From NCBI GenBank assembly GCA_944392805.1, contig CALXXZ010000002.1:169637-233636 (forward strand): DNA of 64,000 nucleotides. The letters are read 5' to 3'. Source of the stretch: an uncultured Clostridia bacterium. GTDB lineage: Bacteria > Bacillota > Clostridia > TANB77 > CAG-508. A program made the position numbers and the translations under genes. Positions 30,539 through 40,021 of the stretch are shown piece by piece (positions within the stretch are counted from its first letter, which is position 1; each line of letters starts with the position of its first letter). The notes below the pieces were generated by a model. It was not told the DNA's origin. It searched no databases and was given only the letters and a program-made list of their open reading frames with translations.

Positions 30539-30973
30539 CTAAATCACCTCTGCCTTTCCGCCTAGGGCTTCGATTTTTTCCTTAGCAGTAGCAGTAAATC
30601 TTTTTGCTTTAACATTTAATTTTTTCTCTAATTTTCCTGTTGCTAAAACTACTATTCCGTCATTTATTTTTCCGATTATTCCTTCTTCTACTAAGCTTTC
30701 TGCTGTTACATCAGTTGCTTTTGATTTATTTAACATTGTTAGAGTTACTTCTGTATAATTTTTAGCGTGGATATTTGTGAATCCTCTTTTTGGTAAACGT
30801 CTATATAATGGTGTTTGACCTCCTTCGAATCCTCTTCTTACTCCTCCACCGCTTCTTGCTTTTTGTCCTTTATGTCCTCTTCCTGATGTTTTACCATTTC
30901 CAGAGCCCATACCACGTCCAACTCTGTTTCTAGTTTTTTTCTCAACAGCTGGTTTTAATTCTCCTAATTTCAT
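30539..30973 (-). CDS. rplO: 50S ribosomal protein L15
   Basis: Gly/Arg-rich N-terminus ([22 protein letters not shown]). Confidence 0.9.
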   Translation of the reverse strand: MKLGELKPAVEKKTRNRVGRGMGSGNGKTSGRGHKGQKARSGGGVRRGFEGGQTPLYRRLPKRGFTNIHAKNYTEVTLTMLNKSKATDVTAESLVEEGIIGKINDGIVVLATGKLEKKLNVKAKRFTATAKEKIEALGGKAEVI

Positions 30974-31008
30974 TTTATTTGCACCTCCTTAACCACATGT
31001 TTATCTAA

Positions 31009-31500
31009 TTACATAATTTCTTCTGGTTTTTTATTTCTTTTTTTAGCCACTTGTTCAAGTGTTCTCATGTTTTTTAATCCTTCAATAGTTGCATATACTA
31101 CGTTTCTTGGATTGTTTGTTCCAATAACTTTTGTACGTATATCTTTATATCCTGCAAGCTCTAATACTGGTCTTACACTTCCTCCAGCTATAAGTCCTGT
31201 ACCTACTGCAGCAGGTTTTAACATAACATTTGCACTACCGAATTTTCCAATATATTCATGAGGTACTGTTGTTCCAACTATTGGAACTTCAACTAAATTC
31301 TTTTTAGCTTCTTGTATAGCTTTTTTAATAGCATCTGGTACTTCTGATGCTTTACCATTTCCGATTCCTACATGTCCGTTTTGATCTCCAACGATAACAA
31401 CTGCACTGAATCTAAATGTTCTACCACCTTTTACAACTTTTGCTACTCTATTTATAGCTACTACTTTTTCTTTTAATTCTGGCATTTTATTTTCTTCCAT
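31009..31500 (-). CDS. rpsE: 30S ribosomal protein S5
   Basis: ..[27 protein letters not shown]..; it follows rplR directly. Only 35 nt separate it from rplO, so there is no rpmD. Confidence 0.9.
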   Translation of the reverse strand: MEENKMPELKEKVVAINRVAKVVKGGRTFRFSAVVIVGDQNGHVGIGNGKASEVPDAIKKAIQEAKKNLVEVPIVGTTVPHEYIGKFGSANVMLKPAAVGTGLIAGGSVRPVLELAGYKDIRTKVIGTNNPRNVVYATIEGLKNMRTLEQVAKKRNKKPEEIM

Positions 31501-31525
31501 CGGTTTTATTTTTCCCTCCTCTTTA

Positions 31526-31885
31526 TTAGAATTCTAAGCCACCATTTCTTGCAGCTTCAGCTAATTCTTTTACAACTCCATGGTATATATATCCACTACG
31601 GTCATATACTACTGTTTTTATGTTTTTTGCAGTAGCTCTTTTAGCTATTAATGCTCCAACTTCTTTTGCAGCTTCTATATTAGATTTTTTTGTTTTTACT
31701 TCTTTGTCTAATGTTGAAGCTGATACTAATGTATTTCCTGCAACATCATCTATTATTTGTGCATATATGTTTGTGTTACTTCTATATACACATAGTCTTG
31801 GTCTTTCTGCTGTTCCAGATACTTTATTTCTAACTCTAGCATGTCTTCTATTTCTTTCTAATTTTCTATCTGTTTTCTTAACCAT
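31526..31885 (-). CDS. rplR: 50S ribosomal protein L18
   Basis: ..[24 protein letters not shown].. Confidence 0.9.
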   Translation of the reverse strand: MVKKTDRKLERNRRHARVRNKVSGTAERPRLCVYRSNTNIYAQIIDDVAGNTLVSASTLDKEVKTKKSNIEAAKEVGALIAKRATAKNIKTVVYDRSGYIYHGVVKELAEAARNGGLEF

Positions 31886-31960
31886 TTTTTACTCCTTTCC
31901 GAAAAAATTGAGTTTCGTTCTACTTATTTATTAATTCAAATTGCTGCTTTTAATTTGAAT

Positions 31961-32497
31961 CTATTTACCTGTTTTACCTTCTTTACGTCTAATAACTTCT
32001 TCAGCATATTTAATACCTTTACCTCTATATACTTCTGGTGGTCTTTTTGTTCTAATATTTGCTGCTGTTTGACCAACTAATTCTTTATCAATTCCTTTTA
32101 CTATTATTGTATTTGGGTTTGGAACGTCAAAAGAAATTCCTGCTGGTGCTTCAAATATTACTGGATGAGAATATCCTAATGTTAGATTTAAGTTGTTTCC
32201 TTGTTTTACAACTCTGTAACCTACACCATTTATTTGTAATTCTCTTGTATATTCTTTTTCAACACCATTTATCATATTATTTATTAAAGTTCTTGTTAGA
32301 CCATGTAAGCTTCTATTTGCAGGCTCATTATTTGGTCTTGAAACTTTAATTACATTATCTTCTATTGATACAGAAATATTTTTATGTATTTCTTTTTCTA
32401 ATGTTCCTTTAGGTCCTTTTACAGTTATTTTTTGTCCATCAAGTTTTACTTCAACTCCTGTTGGTACTGTAATAGGTTTGTTTCCTATTCTTGACAT
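31961..32497 (-). CDS. rplF: 50S ribosomal protein L6
   Basis: MSRIGNKPITVPTGVEV.. with the duplicated L6 fold. Confidence 0.9.
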   Translation of the reverse strand: MSRIGNKPITVPTGVEVKLDGQKITVKGPKGTLEKEIHKNISVSIEDNVIKVSRPNNEPANRSLHGLTRTLINNMINGVEKEYTRELQINGVGYRVVKQGNNLNLTLGYSHPVIFEAPAGISFDVPNPNTIIVKGIDKELVGQTAANIRTKRPPEVYRGKGIKYAEEVIRRKEGKTGK

Positions 32498-32515
32498 TTT
32501 GTTTTCCCTCCTTTT

Positions 32516-32914
32516 TTACCAAACATAAGCTAAAACTTCTCCACCAATTCCGGCTTCTCTTGCTTCTTTATCTGTTTTTAATCCTTTTGATGTAGAAATT
32601 ATTGCTATTCCTAAACCATTTAGTACTTTTGGTAATTCTTCTTTACCTGCATATACTCTTAACCCTGGTCTACTTATTCTTTTTATTCCATCTATTACTC
32701 TTGTTCCTTTTTCATCATATTTTAATGTTATTCTGATGATTCCTTGATTTTCATTGCTTATTATTTCAAATGCTTTTATGTATCCTTCTTTGAATAAAAT
32801 TTCAGCTATTGCTTCTTTCATTTTTGAAGATGGTACATCTACTGTTTTGTGTTTAGCACTGTTAGCATTTCTTATTCTTGTTAACATATCTGCTATTGGA
32901 TCTGTAGTATTCAA
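32516..32914 (-). CDS. rpsH: 30S ribosomal protein S8
   Basis: ..[14 protein letters not shown].. Confidence 0.9.
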   Translation of the reverse strand: MNTTDPIADMLTRIRNANSAKHKTVDVPSSKMKEAIAEILFKEGYIKAFEIISNENQGIIRITLKYDEKGTRVIDGIKRISRPGLRVYAGKEELPKVLNGLGIAIISTSKGLKTDKEAREAGIGGEVLAYVW

Positions 32915-32941
32915 TTTACTTTCCCTCCTTCTTTATTCTAA

Positions 32942-33127
32942 TTACCAGCTTGCTTTTTTAACTCCTGGAATTTCACCTTTATGTGCTAATTCTCTGAAAC
33001 ATACACGGCAAATTCCATATTTTCTAATATAAGCATGTGGTCTACCACAAATTTTACATCTGTTATATTCTCTTGTTTTATATTTTTGTGGTCTAGCTTG
33101 TTTTATTTTCATTGCTTTCTTAGCCAT
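32942..33127 (-). CDS. rpsZ: 30S ribosomal protein S14 type Z (zinc-binding)
   Basis: 61 aa with [22 protein letters not shown] (C4 zinc ribbon). Confidence 0.9.
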   Translation of the reverse strand: MAKKAMKIKQARPQKYKTREYNRCKICGRPHAYIRKYGICRVCFRELAHKGEIPGVKKASW

Positions 33128-33154
33128 AGTTTAATTTTCCTCCCTTAAACTTAA

Positions 33155-33694
33155 TTAATTTTTATAAGGCATTCCTAATAATCTTAGTAATTCTTTTGCC
33201 TCTTCGTCTGTTTCAGCTGTTGTTACAAATATGATATCCATACCTCTTAATTTATCTACTTTATCATATTCGATTTCTGGGAATATTAATTGTTCTTTAA
33301 TTCCCATTGAGTAGTTTCCTCTTCCATCAAATGAATTTTCTGAAACTCCTCTGAAGTCTCTTACTCTTGGAAGTGCTACATTAAATAATTTGTATGCAAA
33401 ATCATACATTTTATCAGCTCTTAATGTAACTTTACATCCAACATTTGCTCCTTCTCTTAATTTGAATGCAGCTATTGATTTTTTTGCTTTTGTTATCATT
33501 GGTTTTTGACCTGTGATTTGCATTAAATCATTCATTGCATTTTCTAGTGCTTTAGGATTTTCTTTTGTATCTCCTAAACCTATATTTATAACTATTTTTT
33601 CTAATTTTGGAACTTGCATTACTGATTTATATTCAAATTTTTTCATTAATGCTGGTACTACTTCTTTTTCATATTGTTCTCTTAGTTTTTCCAT
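33155..33694 (-). CDS. rplE: 50S ribosomal protein L5
   Basis: ..[26 protein letters not shown].. Confidence 0.9.
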   Translation of the reverse strand: MEKLREQYEKEVVPALMKKFEYKSVMQVPKLEKIVINIGLGDTKENPKALENAMNDLMQITGQKPMITKAKKSIAAFKLREGANVGCKVTLRADKMYDFAYKLFNVALPRVRDFRGVSENSFDGRGNYSMGIKEQLIFPEIEYDKVDKLRGMDIIFVTTAETDEEAKELLRLLGMPYKN

Positions 33695-33715
33695 TTTCTG
33701 TGTTCCTCCTTTCTA

Positions 33716-34024
33716 CTATTTGATTTTAGCTCCACATTTTTTACAAATACGAACTTTTTTATCATCTTCAATTTTATATTCTATTCTTGTAGATTTTCCA
33801 CATTTTGGACATACTACGTTAACTTTAGAGCTATCGATAGCACATTCAACTGGAATTATTCCACCTTCTTCACCTTGTTTTCTAGGTTTGATGTGTTTTT
33901 TTCTAACATTTACACCTTTTACAACTACTTTTGAGTCTTTAGGTATAACTTCTAATACTTCTCCAGTTTTACCTTTATCGTTTCCAGCTAAAACTTGAAC
34001 TGTATCTCCTTTTTTTATTCTCAT
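33716..34024 (-). CDS. rplX: 50S ribosomal protein L24
   Basis: MRIKKGDTVQVLAGNDKGK.. (KOW), with a C-terminal CxxC..CxxC extension. Confidence 0.9.
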   Translation of the reverse strand: MRIKKGDTVQVLAGNDKGKTGEVLEVIPKDSKVVVKGVNVRKKHIKPRKQGEEGGIIPVECAIDSSKVNVVCPKCGKSTRIEYKIEDDKKVRICKKCGAKIK

Positions 34025-34083
34025 TGAGTTTAACCTCCTTCTTCGATTTTTTGGTTAATTATATTATTTTTTGTTTCAATGGT

Positions 34084-34452
34084 TTAAAGAACCTCTGGTG
34101 CTAATGATAATATTTTCATATAATCTTTTTCTCTTAATTCTCTTGCAACTGGTCCAAATATACGTGTTCCTCTTGGTGTTTTATCATCTTTTATTATTAC
34201 AGCTGCATTTTCATCAAATTTTATGTAAGAACCATCTGGTCTTCTTAATCCTCTTTTGCTTCTTACTATAACAGCTTTTACTACATCACCTTTTTTAACA
34301 ACGCCACCTGGTGTTGCTGTTTTAACAGAGGCAACTATAACATCTCCAATGTTGGCTGTTTTCATAAATGATCCACCCATACATCTGATACACATTATTT
34401 CTTTTGCTCCAGTGTTGTCAGCAACTTTTAATATTGATTGTTGTTGTATCAT
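34084..34452 (-). CDS. rplN: 50S ribosomal protein L14
   Basis: [17 protein letters not shown].. Confidence 0.95.
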   Translation of the reverse strand: MIQQQSILKVADNTGAKEIMCIRCMGGSFMKTANIGDVIVASVKTATPGGVVKKGDVVKAVIVRSKRGLRRPDGSYIKFDENAAVIIKDDKTPRGTRIFGPVARELREKDYMKILSLAPEVL

Positions 34453-34455
34453 GAC

Positions 34456-34716
34456 TTATTTTCCTCCTTTTTCAAGAATCTCAACTACTCTCCATCTCTT
34501 GTCTTTAGAAAGTGGTCTTGTTTCCATTACTTTTACTTTATCTCCTATTTCACATTTATTTTCTTCATCATGTGCTTTTAGTTTGTATGTTCTTTTTACT
34601 GTTTTTCCATACATTTTATGGCTTACACTTGTTTCTACTGAAACTACAACTGTTTTATCCATCTTGTCTGATGTAACAGTTCCAACCATAACTTTACGAA
34701 GATTTCTTTCTTCCAT
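34456..34716 (-). CDS. rpsQ: 30S ribosomal protein S17
   Basis: ..[19 protein letters not shown].. Confidence 0.9.
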   Translation of the reverse strand: MEERNLRKVMVGTVTSDKMDKTVVVSVETSVSHKMYGKTVKRTYKLKAHDEENKCEIGDKVKVMETRPLSKDKRWRVVEILEKGGK

Positions 34717-34748
34717 AATAGTCTCCTTTCTGTTTGACTTAACTCATT

Positions 34749-34952
34749 TTATGCTTTTGCTTCAGCTATTTTTCTTTCTGTTAATACTGTATTTATTTTA
34801 GCTATATCTCTTCTAACCTCTTTAATTTTCATTGGGTTATCTAGTCCGTTTGTAGCTAAACTAAATTTTAACTTAAATAATTCTGTTTTTAGTTCACCTA
34901 ATTCTTTTTCTAATTCTGGTGAAGACATTTCTCTTATTTTACTTATCTTCAT
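34749..34952 (-). CDS. rpmC: 50S ribosomal protein L29
   Basis: [18 protein letters not shown]..; the start is chosen at the Met matching the L29 N-terminus. Confidence 0.8.
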   Translation of the reverse strand: MKISKIREMSSPELEKELGELKTELFKLKFSLATNGLDNPMKIKEVRRDIAKINTVLTERKIAEAKA

Positions 34953-35385
34953 CACTATCACCCACCTTGTTTACAGTTTCTTTTGCTACGAATTTTGTTT
35001 TTATTGGTAGTTTATTCATAGCTAATCTCAAGGCTTCTCTAGCTGTTTCTTCTGGTATTCCTGCTATTTCAAACATTACTCTACCTGGTTTTACAGCTGC
35101 TACCCAATATTCAACATTTCCTTTTCCTTTACCACCACGAGTTCCGGCTGGTTTTTGTGTTATTGGTTTGTCTGGAAATATTTTTATCCAAACTTTTCCA
35201 CCTCTTTTTGTATAACGTGTCATAGCAACACGGGCTGCTTCTATTTGATTTCCTTTTATTAGTCCTGCTTCTACTGCTTGTATTCCGTATTCTCCATCTG
35301 ATACTACATTTCCTCTTGTTGCTTTTCCTCTATTTCTACCTTTTTGCATTTTTCTATATTTTGTTTTTTTAGGCATTAATGGCAT
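34939..35385 (-). CDS. rplP: 50S ribosomal protein L16
   Basis: ..[20 protein letters not shown].. Confidence 0.9.
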   Translation of the reverse strand: MPLMPKKTKYRKMQKGRNRGKATRGNVVSDGEYGIQAVEAGLIKGNQIEAARVAMTRYTKRGGKVWIKIFPDKPITQKPAGTRGGKGKGNVEYWVAAVKPGRVMFEIAGIPEETAREALRLAMNKLPIKTKFVAKETVNKVGDSDEDK

Positions 35386-36041
35386 TATTTGTCTCCTCCT
35401 TCCACTTTTTTAGCTGGAAGAACTTCTCCTTTATAAATCCATACTTTAACACCGATTTTTCCATATGTTGTATCTGCTTCTGCAAATCCATAGTCAATAT
35501 CGGCTCTTAAAGTTTGTAGTGGAATAGTTCCTTCTTTATAGAATTCTGTTCTAGCCATATCAGCTCCACCTAATCTTCCTGATACTGCTGTTTTGATTCC
35601 TAGTGCTCCTGATTTCATGGCTTTTTGCATACATTGTTTCATTGCTTTTCTGAATGAAATTCTTCTTTCTAGTTGTCCTGCAATATTTTCTGCAACTAAT
35701 TGTGCATCTGTATCTACTGCTTTTACCTCAACTATATTGATATTTACTTCTTTTCCTATTAATTTTGTTAATTCTGCTTTTAAGCTTTCTGCTCCTGCTC
35801 CACCTTTTCCTATTATAATTCCTGGTTTTGAAGCATAAACATTTGCTTTTATGAATTTTGCTGTTCTTTCAATTTCTATTTTTGAAATTCCAGCTGTATA
35901 TAATTTTTTCTTTAAAAATTTACGAATTTTTTGATCTTCTACTAAGTAATCTGCAAAGTTTTTAGAATCTGCATACCATTTAGCATTCCAATCTTTTATT
36001 ATACCAACTCTTACACCTGTTGGATGTACTTTTTGTCCCAT
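35385..36041 (-). CDS. rpsC: 30S ribosomal protein S3
   Basis: [15 protein letters not shown].. start at 36041 with AGGAGGAT 9 nt upstream (KH domain); the ORF-track upstream Met lacks an SD. Confidence 0.9.
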   Translation of the reverse strand: MGQKVHPTGVRVGIIKDWNAKWYADSKNFADYLVEDQKIRKFLKKKLYTAGISKIEIERTAKFIKANVYASKPGIIIGKGGAGAESLKAELTKLIGKEVNINIVEVKAVDTDAQLVAENIAGQLERRISFRKAMKQCMQKAMKSGALGIKTAVSGRLGGADMARTEFYKEGTIPLQTLRADIDYGFAEADTTYGKIGVKVWIYKGEVLPAKKVEGGDK

Positions 36042-36060
36042 TTTATTAGAATCCTCCTTC

Positions 36061-36414
36061 CTATTTGTCATCTCTTAATACTATTGTTATATGACTTGTT
36101 CTTTTTCTAATTCTAACTGCTGAACCTTTTGCTGCTGGTCTTATTCTTTTTAATGTTGGACCTTGGTTTGCAAATATTTCAGCAACATATAAATTTTCAT
36201 GTTTCATTCCATGATTATTTTCAGCATTTGCGATTGCTGATTTTAATAATTTTTCTATTATGCTTGAAGATGCTTTTGGTGTAAATTTTACTATTGCTAA
36301 TGCTTCATCAACATTTTTTCCTCTGATTAAGTCTGCTACTATTTTTACTTTTCTTGCTGATATTCTTGAATATCTTAATGTTGCTTTAGCTTCCATTACT
36401 GCTGTTTCTTCCAC
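36061..36414 (-). CDS. rplV: 50S ribosomal protein L22
   Basis: ..[23 protein letters not shown]..; the ATG at 36414 is preceded by AAGGAGGG. Confidence 0.9.
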   Translation of the reverse strand: MEETAVMEAKATLRYSRISARKVKIVADLIRGKNVDEALAIVKFTPKASSSIIEKLLKSAIANAENNHGMKHENLYVAEIFANQGPTLKRIRPAAKGSAVRIRKRTSHITIVLRDDK

Positions 36415-36441
36415 TACAATTCCCTCCTTAATCTATTTTAT

Positions 36442-36720
36442 TTATTTGTTTGTAGTTGTTTTTTCTCCTGCATGACCTTTAAATGTTCTTGTAGGAGCAA
36501 ATTCACCTAATTTATGACCTATCATTTCTTCTGTTATATATACTGGCACATGTTTTCTACCGTCATGAACAGCGATTGTGTGTCCAATCATTTGTGGATA
36601 TATTGTTGAAGCTCTTGACCATGTCTTGATTACTTCTTTATTTCCACTTTCATTCATAGCTTCAACTCTTTTTAATAGTTCTGGTGCTATGTATGGAACT
36701 TTTTTACTTGATCTTGACAT
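36442..36720 (-). CDS. rpsS: 30S ribosomal protein S19
   Basis: ..[19 protein letters not shown].. Confidence 0.95.
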   Translation of the reverse strand: MSRSSKKVPYIAPELLKRVEAMNESGNKEVIKTWSRASTIYPQMIGHTIAVHDGRKHVPVYITEEMIGHKLGEFAPTRTFKGHAGEKTTTNK

Positions 36721-36737
36721 CTGATTTTCCTCCTATC

Positions 36738-37565
36738 CTATTTTCTTCTCTTTACTATAAATTTGTTTGATTTATTCTTTTTATTTCTTGTCTTGTATCC
36801 TAATGCTGGTTTACCCCAAGGTGTCATTGGTCCTGAATGTCCAACTGGAGCTCTACCTTCACCACCACCATGTGGGTGATCTACTGGGTTCATTACTGAC
36901 CCTCTAACTGTTGGTCTGATTCCTAAATGTCTTGTTTTTCCGGCTTTACCTAATTTTACATTTTCATGGTCAGCATTTCCAACTGTTCCTATTGTTGCTC
37001 TACATGTTGCTAATATTAATCTCATTTCTCCTGATGGTAATCTTACATGAGCATATTTTCCTTCTTTAGCCATAAGTTGTGCACTTTGTCCTGCAACTCT
37101 AACTAATTTTGCTCCTTGTCCAGGATTTAATTCGATATTGTGGATTAATGTACCTACTGGTATATTTGCTATTGGTAAGCAGTTTCCTGATTTTATATCT
37201 ACTTTTTCTCCTGATACTACTTTATCTCCATCTGTTAATCCTTCTGGTGCTATAATATAATTTAATGTTCCGTCTTCATATTTTATTAATGCTATATTTG
37301 CACTTCTATTTGGATCATATTCGATTCCTATTACTGTTGCTTCCATGTTGTCTTTATTTCTTTTAAAATCTATTATTCTATATTTTTGTCTGTTTCCTCC
37401 ACCTTGATGTCTTACTGTTATTCTTCCATATGAGTTTCTACCTGCATTTTTCTTTTTCTTTGCTAATAAAGATTTTTCAGGTGTCTTTTTTGTTACTTCT
37501 GCATAGTCTGAAACTGTCATGTTTCTTCTTGATGGTGTATATGCTTTAAAGTGTTTCATTCCCAT
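36738..37565 (-). CDS. rplB: 50S ribosomal protein L2
   Basis: ..[11 protein letters not shown].. and ..[16 protein letters not shown].. Confidence 0.95.
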   Translation of the reverse strand: MGMKHFKAYTPSRRNMTVSDYAEVTKKTPEKSLLAKKKKNAGRNSYGRITVRHQGGGNRQKYRIIDFKRNKDNMEATVIGIEYDPNRSANIALIKYEDGTLNYIIAPEGLTDGDKVVSGEKVDIKSGNCLPIANIPVGTLIHNIELNPGQGAKLVRVAGQSAQLMAKEGKYAHVRLPSGEMRLILATCRATIGTVGNADHENVKLGKAGKTRHLGIRPTVRGSVMNPVDHPHGGGEGRAPVGHSGPMTPWGKPALGYKTRNKKNKSNKFIVKRRK

Positions 37566-37628
37566 TTTCTTTCTCTCCTTATTATTAATTTATTTTCCGA
37601 GTTCTTTCTCGATATTTTTTATTATTTA

Positions 37629-37976
37629 TTAAGCTCCCATAAATTCATCAATTGAATCTTTGTATTTTTTAGAAACTTTAACTGCTTTTCCACCTTTTCC
37701 AAGGTATGTTTTTTCTGATGGATTTAAGTCTATTGTAACAATAGCTTTTTTCCAATCTGGTGTTTTTCCTTCTTTATATCTAACTCTTTTTGTTTTACCT
37801 TTTACTGTCATTGTGTTAACATTTAATACTTTTACTTCAAATAGTTTTTCAACAGCTTTTGCTATATCAACTTTTGTAGCTTTTTTGTTAACTTCGAAAG
37901 TGTATTTTCCTGATTGCATTTCATCATTACTTTTTTCTGTTATTACTGGTCTTATGATTATTTCTTCTGCTAACAT
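37629..37976 (-). CDS. rplW: 50S ribosomal protein L23 (with C-terminal extension)
   Basis: ..IIRPVITEKS..KYTFEV..ATK.DIAKAVEKLF.V.V..VNT.. Confidence 0.85.
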   Translation of the reverse strand: MLAEEIIIRPVITEKSNDEMQSGKYTFEVNKKATKVDIAKAVEKLFEVKVLNVNTMTVKGKTKRVRYKEGKTPDWKKAIVTIDLNPSEKTYLGKGGKAVKVSKKYKDSIDEFMGA

Positions 37977-38599
37977 TATGCATACACCTCCTCTAATTTT
38001 TTAACAGTGTCTAGTGGTAAAACTAATTTATTACAATTTAATAAATCAAATACGTTTATCATATTCATATTTATTGTTTTAACACCTTCTATGTTTCTGC
38101 TTGATAAGTATACATTTTCATTTTTGTCTGCTAATATTATTAATGCTTTTCCTTCTACTTTTAAGCTTGTTAAAGCTTTTACCATTGTTTTTGTTTTTGG
38201 TTCTTTAACTTCTAATTTGTCAACAACTGTTAATTCATTATCTAATACTTTTGCACTTAGTATTGATCTTATTGCAAGTTGTTTTTCTTTTTTATTTACT
38301 CTGTATTTATATGAACGTGGTTTTGGTCCTAATGCTATACCACCTTTTATCCATTGTGGAGCACGTATACTTCCTTGTCTTGCTCTACCTGTTCCTTTTT
38401 GTCTCCATGGTTTTCTTCCACCACCACGAACTTCTGCTCTAGTTTTAGTACTTTGTGTACCTTGTCTTTGATTAGCTAAGTAGTTTACTAATACACTGTG
38501 AACAACGTTTTCATTTGGTTCGATTCCAAATACTGCTTCACTTAATTCTACATCACTAACTTTTTTACCTTGCATGTTATATACATCTACTTTAGGCAT
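37976..38599 (-). CDS. rplD: 50S ribosomal protein L4
   Basis: ..NQRQGTQSTKTRAEVRGGGRKPWRQKGTGRAR.. Confidence 0.95.
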   Translation of the reverse strand: MPKVDVYNMQGKKVSDVELSEAVFGIEPNENVVHSVLVNYLANQRQGTQSTKTRAEVRGGGRKPWRQKGTGRARQGSIRAPQWIKGGIALGPKPRSYKYRVNKKEKQLAIRSILSAKVLDNELTVVDKLEVKEPKTKTMVKALTSLKVEGKALIILADKNENVYLSSRNIEGVKTINMNMINVFDLLNCNKLVLPLDTVKKLEEVYA

Positions 38600-38629
38600 T
38601 TCGTTTTCCTCCTTTTCTTTCTATTATAC

Positions 38630-39259
38630 TTAAGCTTTTATAGCTGATTTTATTTTTAAGATAGATCCTTTTGCTCCTGGAACACTACCTTTTACTAATA
38701 TTACGTTTTTATCCATATCAACTTTTACTACTTCTAAGTTTTGGATTGTTACTGTAACTCTTCCCATATGTCCTGGAAGTTTTTTACCTTTAAATACTCT
38801 TCCTGGTGTTGATGTAGATCCCATTGAACCTGGTCTTCTGTGATACATTGAACCATGTCCCATTGGTCCTCTATGTTGTCCATGTCTTTTTATAACACCT
38901 TGGAATCCTTTTCCTTTTGATGTTCCTTGTACATCTATTTTTTCTCCTGCTACAAATGTATCAGCTTTTAATTCATCTCCAACTTTGATTCCTTCTATTG
39001 AATCTAGTCTAAATTCTCTTAAATGTTTTTTTGCTGGTATATTTGCTTTTGCAAAATGTCCTTTTACTGGTTTATTTACTTTTTTCTCTTTAACTTCTCC
39101 AAATCCTAATTGTATTGCTTCATATCCATCATTTTCGATTGTTTTTACTTGAGCAACTACACATGGACCTGCTTCTATTACTGTTACTGGAATAACTACT
39201 CCATTTTCATCAAATATTTGTGTCATTCCTACTTTTTTTCCTATTAATGCTTTTTTCAT
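38630..39259 (-). CDS. rplC: 50S ribosomal protein L3
   Basis: ..[24 protein letters not shown].. Confidence 0.95.
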   Translation of the reverse strand: MKKALIGKKVGMTQIFDENGVVIPVTVIEAGPCVVAQVKTIENDGYEAIQLGFGEVKEKKVNKPVKGHFAKANIPAKKHLREFRLDSIEGIKVGDELKADTFVAGEKIDVQGTSKGKGFQGVIKRHGQHRGPMGHGSMYHRRPGSMGSTSTPGRVFKGKKLPGHMGRVTVTIQNLEVVKVDMDKNVILVKGSVPGAKGSILKIKSAIKA

Positions 39260-39334
39260 TCTTTTCTCCTCCTATTGGCTGACTAATTTTTTATTGCCAG
39301 CATTGGTTTGATTTTTATTTATTAATATTTGAAA

Positions 39335-39658
39335 CTAGTTTTTGATTTCGATGTCAACACCTGCTGGTAGTTCTAGTTTCATTAAACTATCCATTGTTTT
39401 TTGTGTTGGGTAAAGAATATCGATAACTCTTTTATGTGTTCTCATTTCAAATTGTTCTCTTGAATCTTTATATTTGTGTGGAGAACGTAAGATTGTTACG
39501 ATTTCCTTTTGTGTTGGTAATGGAATAGGACCTGATACTTTTGCTCCTGTTTTTTTAGCAGTATCTACTATTTTCTCAGCAGACTGATCTAAAACTACAT
39601 GGTCATAAGCTTTTAGTCTTATTCTAATTTTTTCACTTGATACAACTGAATTTGCCAT
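39335..39658 (-). CDS. rpsJ: 30S ribosomal protein S10
   Basis: [20 protein letters not shown]..; start chosen at the ATG at 39658 (S10 N-terminus) rather than the longer ORF-track start. Confidence 0.9.
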   Translation of the reverse strand: MANSVVSSEKIRIRLKAYDHVVLDQSAEKIVDTAKKTGAKVSGPIPLPTQKEIVTILRSPHKYKDSREQFEMRTHKRVIDILYPTQKTMDSLMKLELPAGVDIEIKN

Positions 39659-39960
39659 TGTAATTTTCCCTCCTCTTAATTTTTGATATTTTTTATAAAT
39701 TACGCGTTGGCAAGTCATAACGCACCCTGGTGTTTTGTTTTTACCTATTTTAAAATCCCAAAAATTGCATGATTATTCTGGGATAAGTGCTTATTATATT
39801 TACTTACCGCCTGGTCTAGCCAAGACATACTCCACTGAAGTTCCCTCCACTCTAAGAGTGTAGCCACATTCAGCTTCAACGCTAATTTCATGCTCAATTA
39901 TTATATAACCTTTTTGCTGGAATGTCAATACTTTTTTGGATTTTTTTACCTTAATTTTAT
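39659..39960 (-). promoter_or_regulatory. S10 operon leader: ~300-nt 5' UTR, GC-richer than genome average, probably structured (candidate r-protein autoregulatory leader)
   Basis: No ORF. It contains GC-rich blocks (GTGGCTACACTCTTAGAGTGGAGGGAACTTCAGTGGAG..GGCTAGACCAGGCGG) sitting in an AT-rich genome. Confidence 0.3.
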
Positions 39961-39964
39961 ATAA

Positions 39965-40009
39965 TTTCAAAAATATAAAAAGATATGGAACATTTTGACC
40001 ATATCTTTT
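39965..40009 (-). terminator. intrinsic terminator downstream of the FtsX permease gene
   Basis: AAGATATGG (39979-39987) and CCATATCTT (39999-40007) form a 9-bp stem. On the minus strand the hairpin is followed by TTATATTTTTG. Confidence 0.55.
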
Positions 40010-40021
40010 AAATTATTTATA

